Source of the DNA: an uncultured Pseudomonadota bacterium
Lineage (GTDB): Bacteria; Chloroflexota; UBA5177; JAJPKF01
Reading direction: 5' to 3'
Assembly (NCBI GenBank): GCA_963799725.1
Contig: CAWCYJ010000022.1
Span: forward strand, 25,508 to 89,507
DNA: 64,000 nucleotides
Part shown: one piece after another, positions 9,383 to 18,647 of the stretch
Numbering within the stretch: position 1 is the stretch's first letter
Layout of the letters: the number at the start of each line of letters is the position of its first letter
The notes under the pieces: model-generated
The model's database searches: none
What the model was told of the DNA's origin: nothing
Seen by the model: only the letters and a program-made list of their open reading frames with translations
Translations under genes and position numbers: made by a program

Positions 9383-10441
9383 TCATCTGACTCCTCCCGC
9401 CTTCTGCTGTCTTCGAAGTCTGAATGCCTCGGTATCGAACACTTCGGGGTTTACGGGATTCGAGGGTTTATGGCCTTCCAGAGTGGCAATGCAATTCTCG
9501 GCCGCCATCGTCGACATTCGGGTTCGCGTGGCGATGGAGGCAGAAGCAATGTGGGGCGTCAGGATGACGTTCGGTGCTTTCAGCAAATCCTCATGGACGT
9601 CTGGCTCTTCCTCAAACACGTCCAATGCCGCTCCCGCGATTACGCCCTCCCTCAAGGCCTCGGCAAGGGCAGCTTCGTCGACGCATGGTCCACGCGAAGT
9701 ATTCACCAGGTAGGCGCTTGATTTCATCCGGCCGAGCCTCTGCTTGTTCATGAGGTGTCGGGTTTCCGGGGTGAGGGGCGTATGTAGGCTAACGAAGTCG
9801 CTCTCAGACAGGAGTGTATCCAGATCGACATACTGGACGCCGAGCTCCTTTTCGCGCTCAGGCGTTTGTCGGTATTCGTCGAAGTAAAGTACGCGCATAT
9901 TGAATCCGCGTGCCCTCTCGACCATCCCTTGGCCAATTCTGCCTAATCCCACCAAACCCAGCGTCGCCCCGTGAATATCACCACCCATGAGAAGTTGGAT
10001 GCCCCAGCCGGTGTACCTACCGGCTCGCAGGTAGCTGTCACCCTCAACCACACGGCGGCCAATTGCCATGACTAGAGCAAAGGCAAAGTCCGCAGTCGTG
10101 TCCGTAAGTACTCCTGGTGTGTTGGTGACGACGATTCCCAATTCCGTCGCGGCTGGGATATCGATGTTGTCGTAGCCGACGGCAACATTCGCCACGACTT
10201 TCAGCCTTTCGCCGGCGCCCATAACGTCTCGATCGATCCTGTCGGTCAAAAGCGTTACAAGGCCGTCGCAACGGATCGATTGCTGTCGTAGCTGATCCGT
10301 TGAGAGTGGCGTATCCGGCTCGTTCACCTCGACGTCGAGCTGCGAGCGGAGGAGGTCGATTCCCGGCTGGGGAATGACCCGCGTGACAAAGACGTGAGCG
10401 TTTGGCAGTTCGCCTACCCTTCCAAAGCGGTGCAGACCCAT
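9383..10441 (-). CDS. D-isomer-specific 2-hydroxyacid dehydrogenase (glyoxylate/hydroxypyruvate reductase-like)
   Basis: NAD-binding motif GLVGLGRIGQ and catalytic-region motifs (NTSRGP, TPHIASAS). Confidence 0.85.
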   Translation of the reverse strand: MGLHRFGRVGELPNAHVFVTRVIPQPGIDLLRSQLDVEVNEPDTPLSTDQLRQQSIRCDGLVTLLTDRIDRDVMGAGERLKVVANVAVGYDNIDIPAATELGIVVTNTPGVLTDTTADFAFALVMAIGRRVVEGDSYLRAGRYTGWGIQLLMGGDIHGATLGLVGLGRIGQGMVERARGFNMRVLYFDEYRQTPEREKELGVQYVDLDTLLSESDFVSLHTPLTPETRHLMNKQRLGRMKSSAYLVNTSRGPCVDEAALAEALREGVIAGAALDVFEEEPDVHEDLLKAPNVILTPHIASASIATRTRMSTMAAENCIATLEGHKPSNPVNPEVFDTEAFRLRRQQKAGGVR

Positions 10442-10512
10442 ACTATCAGGAGGCTCTCTTTTCGCTTGTCAGAGTCTCAAATTAACGGCGTAGAAGGTCC
10501 GTGGGAGCGCAC

Positions 10513-11574
10513 ATGTCACGTTATCTGGAGATCCTCGCCCCGAATGGAGCGATAACCAGTCCTCTTCCGCTCGCCACGCAGGCCGGTGTGGACATCCTCC
10601 AGAACGGCGGAACCGCCGCCGACGCCGTCGCCGCGGCGTTCTGCGTCATGCTGGTCCGCGAGGCTGGGCTGCTTATGGCGGATGTTGCGATTGACGGCTT
10701 CATTTGGGACCCGAGCCCGTCGGTGTTGAACCGGGTCAGGTTTAGAGGACAAGGAGCAGTGGACGGCCTGGCGTCGATACTCATGCGATTCGGCACCCGC
10801 TCTCTGTACGACCTTGCGCGGGAGGCAGAATCCTATGGCAAGTCAGCCTTGGGCCTTGCGTGGTCAGCCGACACCGCCTTCGCAGGACAGCTTGGAGAGC
10901 TGGAGCTGAAGTCGCTTGGACATCGCGGGGAGCGGGCGGAACTCTTGGTGGACCCATGTAGACCTGGAGACGTGAGTGTGTCCGCCCCATCGGCGGATGA
11001 GGAGGAGGTCGCGCGAGAGCTGGCGAGAATCCTTGCCCGCGAATCGGACCAAGATCTACTGAGCCGCCTGGCGAAGCTGGCTGGTCCAATATCCACGAGA
11101 GAAAGAGCAACTGGTGAGGTGGATGCGGAGGCCAGCGGTGTCCAGTCGATTGCGGCAGATCACCGTGGAATAATCGTCTCGTTGGCCGTTAGCAAACGGG
11201 AAGCAAATAGTAGTCCTTTTCAGGTCGTGATCTGTGAAGATGGCTATCCAGTCATCTGGACCGGCGAACTGGGTCGCAATCCATTAGCGGCCATCGAAGT
11301 TGCGTGTATGGCTCAGCAAAACGGCCTTCGTATTCAGTCGGCAGCAGAGGCGCCCCGCGTCAGGGCGGCCCGGGACCAAGCCCACTTTGTGGGTGAGGAG
11401 ACATTCGACATCAAAACCGAGCTCTCGCTTGCGAGCGCCCTGCATATAGCCATAAGCGACAAGCGTTGGGACGCTAGACAGGGGTGCGTCCAAGGGATAG
11501 CGGTTGACCGTCGACGCGGATTGATTCACGCAGCGGCAGACCCGAGACTCGGGGGTCAGGCAGCCGGATACTAA
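10513..11574 (+). CDS. Shortened gamma-glutamyltransferase-family protein, probably non-catalytic
   Basis: The N-terminus (PLATQAGVDILQNGGTAADAVAA) and C-terminus (AAADPRLGGQAAGY) are GGT-like. The protein is only about 355 aa. The region aligning to the nucleophile TTH reads GVQSIAADHRGIIVS. Confidence 0.6.
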   Translation: MSRYLEILAPNGAITSPLPLATQAGVDILQNGGTAADAVAAAFCVMLVREAGLLMADVAIDGFIWDPSPSVLNRVRFRGQGAVDGLASILMRFGTRSLYDLAREAESYGKSALGLAWSADTAFAGQLGELELKSLGHRGERAELLVDPCRPGDVSVSAPSADEEEVARELARILARESDQDLLSRLAKLAGPISTRERATGEVDAEASGVQSIAADHRGIIVSLAVSKREANSSPFQVVICEDGYPVIWTGELGRNPLAAIEVACMAQQNGLRIQSAAEAPRVRAARDQAHFVGEETFDIKTELSLASALHIAISDKRWDARQGCVQGIAVDRRRGLIHAAADPRLGGQAAGY

Positions 11575-11610
11575 GCCAAACAGCTCCAAGCCGGTTGGCG
11601 GTGATTTTTG

Positions 11611-12792
11611 CTAGCCAACCACTGCAGCCTGTCTGGCCAAGGTCCCTTCCACAAGAGTCAATGCTCGCTCGAGATTCTCGTAGGAGTTGGCGTAGGACAA
11701 GCGAAGGAAGCCCTCACCATTCGCTCCGAATGAGGTGCCGGCAAGAACAGCCACTCCAGCTTCGTTCATGAGCAGATCGGCTGCCGTTCGCGAGGAAAGT
11801 CCCGTGCCCCTAATATCCGGGAAGGCGTAGAAGGCTCCTTTTGGAGTGCTGCATGAGACTCCCTCGATCTCATTCAGTCGGCGCACAATCAGGTCTCGGC
11901 GCCGACGAAACTCTGCGACCATATTCTCCGCATCGGTCTGTGGTCCAGTCAACGCCTCAACCCCAGCGATCTGGGTGAATGTAGCCGTGCAGGAGTTGCA
12001 GTTGACCATCAGTTGGGTCACGGCACTGGCCAGGTCCTCTGGCATAACTCCATACCCAAGCCGCCAGCCGGTCATGGCATAGGTCTTTGAGAAACCGTCG
12101 AGGATAACCGTTCGGTCCTCCATTTCAGGGATGGCCGCAATCGACTCGTGCTCGCCTTCATAGATAATGCGCGAATAGATCTCATCCGACAAAACGATGG
12201 CGTCCACGCGCTGAGCTGCCTCAGCGATGCGGACCAAATCTTCGTGCGAAAGCGTTGCACCGGTAGGGTTGCTGGGCGAGTTAAGGATGATGAGACGGGT
12301 CGACTCATCGACGCGCGAGATCAGATCGTCGACATCGAAGATGCAGTACTCTTCCGAAGTTGTGAAACCAATGGGAATGCGTCTTGCTCCTAGGAAGTCG
12401 ACCATCGATTCGTAAATCGGAAAGCCGGGGTTTGGGTAAACGACGGAGTCGCCTTCCTCGAGGAGGGCCAGCATCACAAAAAACATAATGGGCTTTCCGC
12501 CCGGAGTCACCACAACATTCTCAGGACGCACAGAAATGCCTCTGCTATCGGACACCTGTGCTGCTATCGCTGTCCTCAGCTCTGGAATACCGGCGGCAGC
12601 TGAGTAATGGGTAGACCCGGCCTCGAGAGCAGCAACACCTGCCTGGACCACATTCTCCGGTGTGTCGAAATCGGGCTCCCCGATCTCCAAGTGGATGATC
12701 TGCCGTCCCTGGGCTTCAAGCGCCCTGGCACGTGCGAGGACCTCAAAGGCTGTTTCGGTCCCTAGCTTTTGCATCCTCTTGGCGAGTCGCAT
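11611..12792 (-). CDS. Class I/II PLP-dependent aminotransferase (AspC-like)
   Basis: Motifs LEIGEPDFDTP, NSPSNPTG and SKTYAMTGWRLGY (PLP lysine). I place the start at the ATG at 12792, preceded by GAGGAGGAAG; the ORF track maximum is 12942. Confidence 0.85.
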   Translation of the reverse strand: MRLAKRMQKLGTETAFEVLARARALEAQGRQIIHLEIGEPDFDTPENVVQAGVAALEAGSTHYSAAAGIPELRTAIAAQVSDSRGISVRPENVVVTPGGKPIMFFVMLALLEEGDSVVYPNPGFPIYESMVDFLGARRIPIGFTTSEEYCIFDVDDLISRVDESTRLIILNSPSNPTGATLSHEDLVRIAEAAQRVDAIVLSDEIYSRIIYEGEHESIAAIPEMEDRTVILDGFSKTYAMTGWRLGYGVMPEDLASAVTQLMVNCNSCTATFTQIAGVEALTGPQTDAENMVAEFRRRRDLIVRRLNEIEGVSCSTPKGAFYAFPDIRGTGLSSRTAADLLMNEAGVAVLAGTSFGANGEGFLRLSYANSYENLERALTLVEGTLARQAAVVG

Positions 12793-12974
12793 TGACTTCC
12801 TCCTCTGACGTATCTGCTCGAAGTATAGGACTTGCTCTACCTGACTGTGCACATCTTCCAGTGCAGCGGCTCCCGCTAGACTGAAGCTAGCTGCAGCACT
12901 CGTTCCAGGGGTGACAAATGGCTGAATCGACGCTGGCTTCACGGCCTACTGAGGTCGACACAATCCCGCGAACA

Positions 12975-14033
12975 ATGTCGGCTCTCATCAAGCCGGCTGC
13001 GGCTCCTGGAGCCGAGCTGGTCACAGTGCCAGTACCGACAATCGGCGAAGGGGATGTCCTCGTTCGGGTCGACGCAACTTCCATCTGCGGAACCGATCTG
13101 CACATTTATTCGTGGGATGAGTGGGCCGCCAGCCGGATGAAGCCTCCGGTCATTCTGGGGCACGAGTTTTGTGGGACGGTTGTTAGGGCGGGAAGTGAGG
13201 TAACTAGGGTAAAGGTCGGCGATTTCATCGCCGCTGAGAGCCATGTGACGTGCGGACATTGTGACGAGTGCAGAGCTGGGGAATTGCACGCGTGCCGCAA
13301 TGTTGAAATCATCGGCGTTGATCGGCCCGGGGCCTTCGCTCAATATGTATCGATTCCGGAACAGAATGCCTGGACCGTCTCGACCTCCCTTGCTCCCGAG
13401 ATCGCGACCATCGAGGAACCCTTGGGTAACGCGGTGCATACGGTCAGCGCCGCACCGATTGTCGGAGCCGATGTAGCCATCTTTGGCTTAGGTCCACTTG
13501 GCCTTTTTGCGATTCGCATCGCGAAGGTCTATGGCGCCGCACGCGTCTTCGGTGTCGAGCTAAGCCCATACCGGGCAGAGCTAGGGCGAGTAATGGGCGC
13601 CGATCGAGTCCTCCAACCGGGGATTGACGACGTGGCGGCAACAATTTTGGCAGACACCGGAGGAGAAGGTGCTGACGTCGTCCTTGAAATGTCCGGAAAC
13701 CAGTCGGCCTTCTCAGAAGCCCTCAGAGCCTTGCGTTTTGGCGGTACGATGTGCCTGCTCGGACTTCCATCCCATGCCTTGCAAGTCGATGTAGCCAACG
13801 GTATCGTCTTCAAAGGAGCGACTCTCAAGGGAATCGTGGGGCGGAAAATACCTGAATCATGGTTCCAAACTAGAGGATTGCTGGAGGGTGGCGTTGACAT
13901 GTCACCCGTCATCACCGACTCCATGCCGCTCAGCGAGTTCGAGCGCGCGTTCCGCCTTCTGGAAGAGGGGCGTACCGGAAAGATCGTTATGTATCCGAAC
14001 GAGAGGGCTACAGGAGGCACCGAAACAACATGA
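12975..14033 (+). CDS. tdh: L-threonine 3-dehydrogenase
   Basis: Zn-dependent ADH family protein with SICGTDLHIY and the structural zinc motif CGHCDEC. It is 4-nt (ATGA) coupled to kbl. Confidence 0.9.
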   Translation: MSALIKPAAAPGAELVTVPVPTIGEGDVLVRVDATSICGTDLHIYSWDEWAASRMKPPVILGHEFCGTVVRAGSEVTRVKVGDFIAAESHVTCGHCDECRAGELHACRNVEIIGVDRPGAFAQYVSIPEQNAWTVSTSLAPEIATIEEPLGNAVHTVSAAPIVGADVAIFGLGPLGLFAIRIAKVYGAARVFGVELSPYRAELGRVMGADRVLQPGIDDVAATILADTGGEGADVVLEMSGNQSAFSEALRALRFGGTMCLLGLPSHALQVDVANGIVFKGATLKGIVGRKIPESWFQTRGLLEGGVDMSPVITDSMPLSEFERAFRLLEEGRTGKIVMYPNERATGGTETT

Positions 14034-15235
14034 GAAACATGGAGTGGGCAGAGGAGGAGGTTCAGGAGCTAGAGGCTACGGGTACTGCGATCCACCTGAA
14101 CGTTCTGGAGACGCCCCAGATGCCAAGAAGTGTTGTCAATGGAAAGCAGGTCATTAACCTCTGTTCCAACAACTACCTTGGACTGACGACGCACCCTCGG
14201 CTCAAGGCCGCGGCGCTCCAGGCTCTTGAGGAGTTCGGAGTTGGAACGGGGTCAGTGCGCTCGATTGCCGGCACGATGACCCTTCATCAAGAGCTGGAGG
14301 AGCGCCTAGCGACTTTCAAGCACACGGAAGCGGCCCTGGTTTTTCAATCGGGGTTCACCTGTAACAGCGGCATCATTCCGATTCTTGCCGGTGACGGCGA
14401 CATGATCATCACGGATGAGCTCAATCATGCCAGCATCATCGATGGTATTCGCCTGTCAAAGGCCAGCCGCAAGATCTTCCCTCACTCCAACATGGACGCC
14501 CTGGAGACGGCTCTCAGAGAGTCGCAAGATGCTCGACGGCGGTTGGTGATTACAGACGGGGTATTCAGCATGGATGGCGACGTGGCAAAACTTCCCGAGA
14601 TCGTGGATCTAGCGGAGCGCTACGGGGCGATGGTGTATGTGGATGATGCACATGCAAGTGGCGTGTTTGGTAGGAACGGTCGTGGAACCATCAACCACTT
14701 CGGTCTCGATGGACGGGTGCATGTCCAGGTTGGAACTCTTTCAAAGGCAATCGGAGTCCTTGGAGGGTATGTAGCATCAACCCGGGGGCTTCGCGACCTT
14801 CTGATTAACAAGGGGCGTCCGTTCATCTTTTCCACTTCGCACCCTCCGGCCGTCACGGCAGCATGTATAGCAGCAATTGAGGTGCTGGAATCTGAACCAG
14901 AGCTGGTTGACAGATTATGGGACAACACAGCCTTCTACAAGGAGCAAGTCAAGGAACTCGGCTTTGACACCGGCTCGAGCCAAAGCCCTATCACACCTGT
15001 GATTACGGGAGAGGATCGGAAGGCATCAGAGTTCAGCCGGATCCTGTTTCGGGAAGGTATATTTGCACCTGGCATTGCATATCCGACGGTGGCGCACGGC
15101 AAGTCAAGGGTTCGTACGATCGTGACGGCGACTCATACCCGCGAGGACCTTTCGCAGGCACTTTCCGCTATAAGGACCGCAGGAGAGGAACTTGGCTTGA
15201 TCGGTGCCGCTGCTCCAGTCCTCGGGGCGGAGTAA
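14030..15235 (+). CDS. kbl: 2-amino-3-ketobutyrate CoA ligase (glycine C-acetyltransferase)
   Basis: Alpha-oxoamine synthase motifs (SNNYLGL, DDAHASG, GTLSKA). Operon partner of tdh. Confidence 0.9.
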   Translation: MRNMEWAEEEVQELEATGTAIHLNVLETPQMPRSVVNGKQVINLCSNNYLGLTTHPRLKAAALQALEEFGVGTGSVRSIAGTMTLHQELEERLATFKHTEAALVFQSGFTCNSGIIPILAGDGDMIITDELNHASIIDGIRLSKASRKIFPHSNMDALETALRESQDARRRLVITDGVFSMDGDVAKLPEIVDLAERYGAMVYVDDAHASGVFGRNGRGTINHFGLDGRVHVQVGTLSKAIGVLGGYVASTRGLRDLLINKGRPFIFSTSHPPAVTAACIAAIEVLESEPELVDRLWDNTAFYKEQVKELGFDTGSSQSPITPVITGEDRKASEFSRILFREGIFAPGIAYPTVAHGKSRVRTIVTATHTREDLSQALSAIRTAGEELGLIGAAAPVLGAE

Positions 15236-15321
15236 CGCGCAAGAGGGCGACTCAGAGAGGCGCCTTTGCCAATAAAGCACTTACAAGCAGGGCGGTGTTC
15301 AGCCGTCAGGTCGGAGGACAT

Positions 15322-16794
15322 ATGGAAGTAACGTCGGTTGGACAGATTTCGGAGGCACCGAAGGAATCAGCTGTCATCGCATTCCAGTTCCAGGGCGAAT
15401 CCTTGGAAGACGATGTGGCGGCCGCCGCCCGTCAAGCCGCCCAGAGCGACTTTGCCGATGCCGAATCCCGCGGCGAGCTTAAGGGAAAGCTCTACAACTC
15501 GATCGTGCTTCGTGGCACACCTTCAATTCTCATCGTCGGATTGGGAAAGCGTAAGGAATTCAGCAACATTAGGTGTCGTCGAGCCGTCGAAGCGGGTACA
15601 AGGTTCCTCTCTCGCCACGGTTTTCGCAAAGTCTCCGTACTTCTACCTCGGTTCCTCGGTTCAGCTGCGGACCGCATTGCGGTCGAAAGCGTGGTACGTG
15701 GCACCTATGACGAGGGATTGCTTAAGACCTCCAATGAAAGCGATTACACCGTAGATACCGTCACTTTAGTTGGATCGACGTCGCTCGAAGCCGGGCGCCG
15801 AGGAAAGATCGTAGGGGAAAGTGTCAATTTTGCTCGCGACCTCGTGAACTTGCCTCCCAATGACATCTCCCCCAGAACGCTGGCAGAGCGATTGAAGGCG
15901 ATGGCGGATGAGACGGGACTTGGGATAAGGGTGCTGGATGAGACCGAGGTAGCTGACCTTGGCATGGGCGCACTGTTGGCCGTGGGGAAAGGCAGCAGTG
16001 AGCCGGCCATGGTTATCGACCTTCAGTATGGTCCCGAGACCGCGCCGACAAAATTGGCACTGGTTGGCAAGGGCTTGACTTTCGACTCCGGCGGCCTGTC
16101 CATCAAGACAGGACCTGGCATGGAGTGGATGAAGGGCGACATGGCGGGCGGAGCGGCAGTCGCTGGAGCCATGAGAGCCATCAGCCTCTTGAAGCCGGAA
16201 GGCATTCATGTACGAGGGATCATCGGGGCAGTCGAGAACATGATTGGTCCAAGCTCGATGAAGCCAGGTGATGTCTTGCGAACAATGAGCGGCAAGACCA
16301 TCGAGGTCCTCAACACTGATGCGGAAGGCCGGCTGGTGCTTGCGGACGTCCTGAACTACGCCGTCAAACGTGCCGGCGCAACGCATATTGTGGATGTCGC
16401 GACCCTTACAGGGGCCGTTGAAGTAGCACTCGGCAACGAGGCAGCTGGCCTAATCGGGACCTCTCAGGAGTGGATTGACCGAATCCTTGCTGCCGCGGAC
16501 AGTGCGCTGGAGCGTCTTTGGCAGCTTCCACTTTATCCCGAGTATCGAATTCAGATGGACAGCGACCTGGCCGACATGAAGAATACCGGCGGCAGGGCCG
16601 GCGGCGCCCTCACTGCCGCTTCCTTACTTGCCGAGTTCGTAGATGGCGTACCGTGGGCCCATATGGACATCGCCGGTCTGGCCTGGGTAGAACGTGCGAA
16701 TGGTTACTCTGCCAAAGGGGCAACGGGTTATGCAGTCGCTACCCTTACAGAGCTGGCACTGGGCATGAGCTCGGGAAGTACTGATCAGGCATGA
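15322..16794 (+). CDS. pepA: Leucyl aminopeptidase (M17)
   Basis: Signature NTDAEGRLVLAD and motif VGKGLTFDSGG. I place the start at ATG 15322 after GGAGGA; the ORF track maximum is 15295. Confidence 0.9.
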   Translation: MEVTSVGQISEAPKESAVIAFQFQGESLEDDVAAAARQAAQSDFADAESRGELKGKLYNSIVLRGTPSILIVGLGKRKEFSNIRCRRAVEAGTRFLSRHGFRKVSVLLPRFLGSAADRIAVESVVRGTYDEGLLKTSNESDYTVDTVTLVGSTSLEAGRRGKIVGESVNFARDLVNLPPNDISPRTLAERLKAMADETGLGIRVLDETEVADLGMGALLAVGKGSSEPAMVIDLQYGPETAPTKLALVGKGLTFDSGGLSIKTGPGMEWMKGDMAGGAAVAGAMRAISLLKPEGIHVRGIIGAVENMIGPSSMKPGDVLRTMSGKTIEVLNTDAEGRLVLADVLNYAVKRAGATHIVDVATLTGAVEVALGNEAAGLIGTSQEWIDRILAAADSALERLWQLPLYPEYRIQMDSDLADMKNTGGRAGGALTAASLLAEFVDGVPWAHMDIAGLAWVERANGYSAKGATGYAVATLTELALGMSSGSTDQA

Positions 16795-16991
16795 GAAGCG
16801 ACGATGCCTCCCGTTGCCACAGTGAGCGCCCCGGTGGTCGCGGATTCACGAATTATACGGGCAAGCCCGCGCCATGGGACGACTTTATGGAAGTCGATCC
16901 TGAGTCAGGATTGCGTATTTTTGCAGGGCCAGACGAGACGAAGGAAACTTCAGCCGGCTGGCTGGAGCATCCAGAAGAGGACAAAGCTTAA
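16791..16991 (+). CDS. Hypothetical small protein (66 aa), ATGA-coupled to pepA
   Basis: The start ATG overlaps the pepA stop (ATGA). I recognise no family, and a competing ORF in another frame (16804..16998) looks less protein-like. Confidence 0.35.
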   Translation: MRSDDASRCHSERPGGRGFTNYTGKPAPWDDFMEVDPESGLRIFAGPDETKETSAGWLEHPEEDKA

Positions 16992-17022
16992 GAGTTAAGA
17001 GCAATTTCTTGGAGGAGATTAG

Positions 17023-17265
17023 ATGGAAGAAGATCGTGGGACGGACGAACAGTTGAAGACGAATAGCGAAGGCGAGCGAGCTGAGGTGGTTGCCCACTTT
17101 GACCCGGCCCCCACTGGAGATGGTCTCGACGGCAACACCCCTTTAGAGGCCGGGATTCAGGGCCGTCTAACGGAGGCAGGAGGGCACAAAGAATCGCCTC
17201 GCATTGATTACGACTGGCAACCGGAGGTTGAGGTAGATCAACCCGTCCAGCAGGTTCGAGAGTAA
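17023..17265 (+). CDS. Hypothetical acidic small protein (80 aa)
   Basis: A good RBS (GGAGGAG) lies 6 nt upstream of the ATG. I recognise no family. Confidence 0.45.
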   Translation: MEEDRGTDEQLKTNSEGERAEVVAHFDPAPTGDGLDGNTPLEAGIQGRLTEAGGHKESPRIDYDWQPEVEVDQPVQQVRE

Positions 17266-17577
17266 CTTCCCAAGCCGGCAGTAGGACCTAGGCGAGGGCG
17301 GTGAGGGGTCACATCGATCTCGCGAGTGTAAGCGAGGCTTGATAGGTCGAGGTCCGAGTTTCCGACGCAGCGTTCAGGGAGCCGGAGAATCAAGAACTTC
17401 GATTAGTTCGAGATCCTTGCTTGATATCCAATACTTGAGGTCCTGCTGAGCTCGCTTTTGAGTAGGACCTCGATAGCCATGGCCCACCGGGATTTTGTCC
17501 GAGTCGAACAAAATTACCTGATATAGGTCGCCTTCGCGGACCAAAGCTACATATTTCGGACTAGTCTCACTAATGGT

Positions 17578-18177
17578 TTAGTCCCTTTCCCCAATCAAGG
17601 ACACTGGCCCTCCTAGGATTCGGACGCTTGATACCGAAGACTCAAGGTGCCGATCCGGTTGGACAAAGTCTGACATCCAGTGCTGACGTGAGTATTCATA
17701 CATCGCAATCGACGCGGCAGTCGCTACATTAAGGGACTTTACCAATCCTGCCTGCGGTATGTAGACCTGACTGTCGGCGACTTCAGCGATCTCGTTGGCC
17801 ACGCCGAACATCTCCGATCCAACCACCAGCAGGACGCGCTCCGGGAACCTGAAGGTGGTTATGGGAGTGGCGTTCGCCTGCTGCTCGAGCGCAACGACCA
17901 TGTAGCCCAGGGACTTGTACCGGTCAATCGTGCCTTTTGCGTCTGCGCCCCATTCAACGGGTTGCCAGCGCTCGGCCCCCATGGCTCCGCAATTGTCCGG
18001 TTCCAAGCGGTCGAATATTACCCGTTCAATCATGAAAGCCTCGGCTACACGCACTATTCCTCCGGCATTCGAGACTTTGTCCAAGTCGTTAGCAAGGACG
18101 ACCAGAGGGTTCCGGGGAGCAGTGTGGTACTCCGGATGCCTGTGGAACCGGCGAGCTACCTCACGTTCTGGCACCAT
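17578..18177 (-). CDS. SpoU/TrmH-family RNA 2'-O-methyltransferase
   Basis: SPOUT motifs LVVGSEMFGV and VKSLNVATAASIAMYE. Confidence 0.8.
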   Translation of the reverse strand: MVPEREVARRFHRHPEYHTAPRNPLVVLANDLDKVSNAGGIVRVAEAFMIERVIFDRLEPDNCGAMGAERWQPVEWGADAKGTIDRYKSLGYMVVALEQQANATPITTFRFPERVLLVVGSEMFGVANEIAEVADSQVYIPQAGLVKSLNVATAASIAMYEYSRQHWMSDFVQPDRHLESSVSSVRILGGPVSLIGERD

Positions 18178-18212
18178 GAATCCTCCTGAGCGACATTGTA
18201 CGCTAGGGCGTT

Positions 18213-18647
18213 ATGGGTCTAAGACTAGTTATTCGCTTACTTCGCTCCGTTCTAACCATAGAGGGTGTTGTTCACTCGTTCGCAACACTCCAGAAGACTC
18301 GCCGACTGGAGGAGAGACTCGCCGTTGGAGATCCTCGCGCGTCAACCGCTATCGGATTGACCAGTGAGGGGTATATGCTTGGGATCCCCAACGCTATGAT
18401 CGCGACAGCTTATTTCGTCATGGTTGCCGTTCTCAGCATTACTGGGTTGGCTGATCGGGGAATCACGCGCCGGCTCACCTTGATAAGCTCTTGGATCAGC
18501 TTGGCGACCAGCGGCTACCTGCTGTATTCTCTATTCTTCGTTCTGAAGCGGCGGTGCCCCATTTGCATGCAGGCGCACCTACTCAACCTGGCCACGACGT
18601 TAGCCCTAACTCTGAGAGTTGATTCTCTAGAACCGAAACGTCAGTAG
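18213..18647 (+). CDS. Vitamin K epoxide reductase (VKOR)-like membrane protein
   Basis: Predicted TM segments, a GIPNA motif and a C-terminal CPIC (CxxC). The usual loop cysteine pair is not present. Confidence 0.5.
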   Translation: MGLRLVIRLLRSVLTIEGVVHSFATLQKTRRLEERLAVGDPRASTAIGLTSEGYMLGIPNAMIATAYFVMVAVLSITGLADRGITRRLTLISSWISLATSGYLLYSLFFVLKRRCPICMQAHLLNLATTLALTLRVDSLEPKRQ

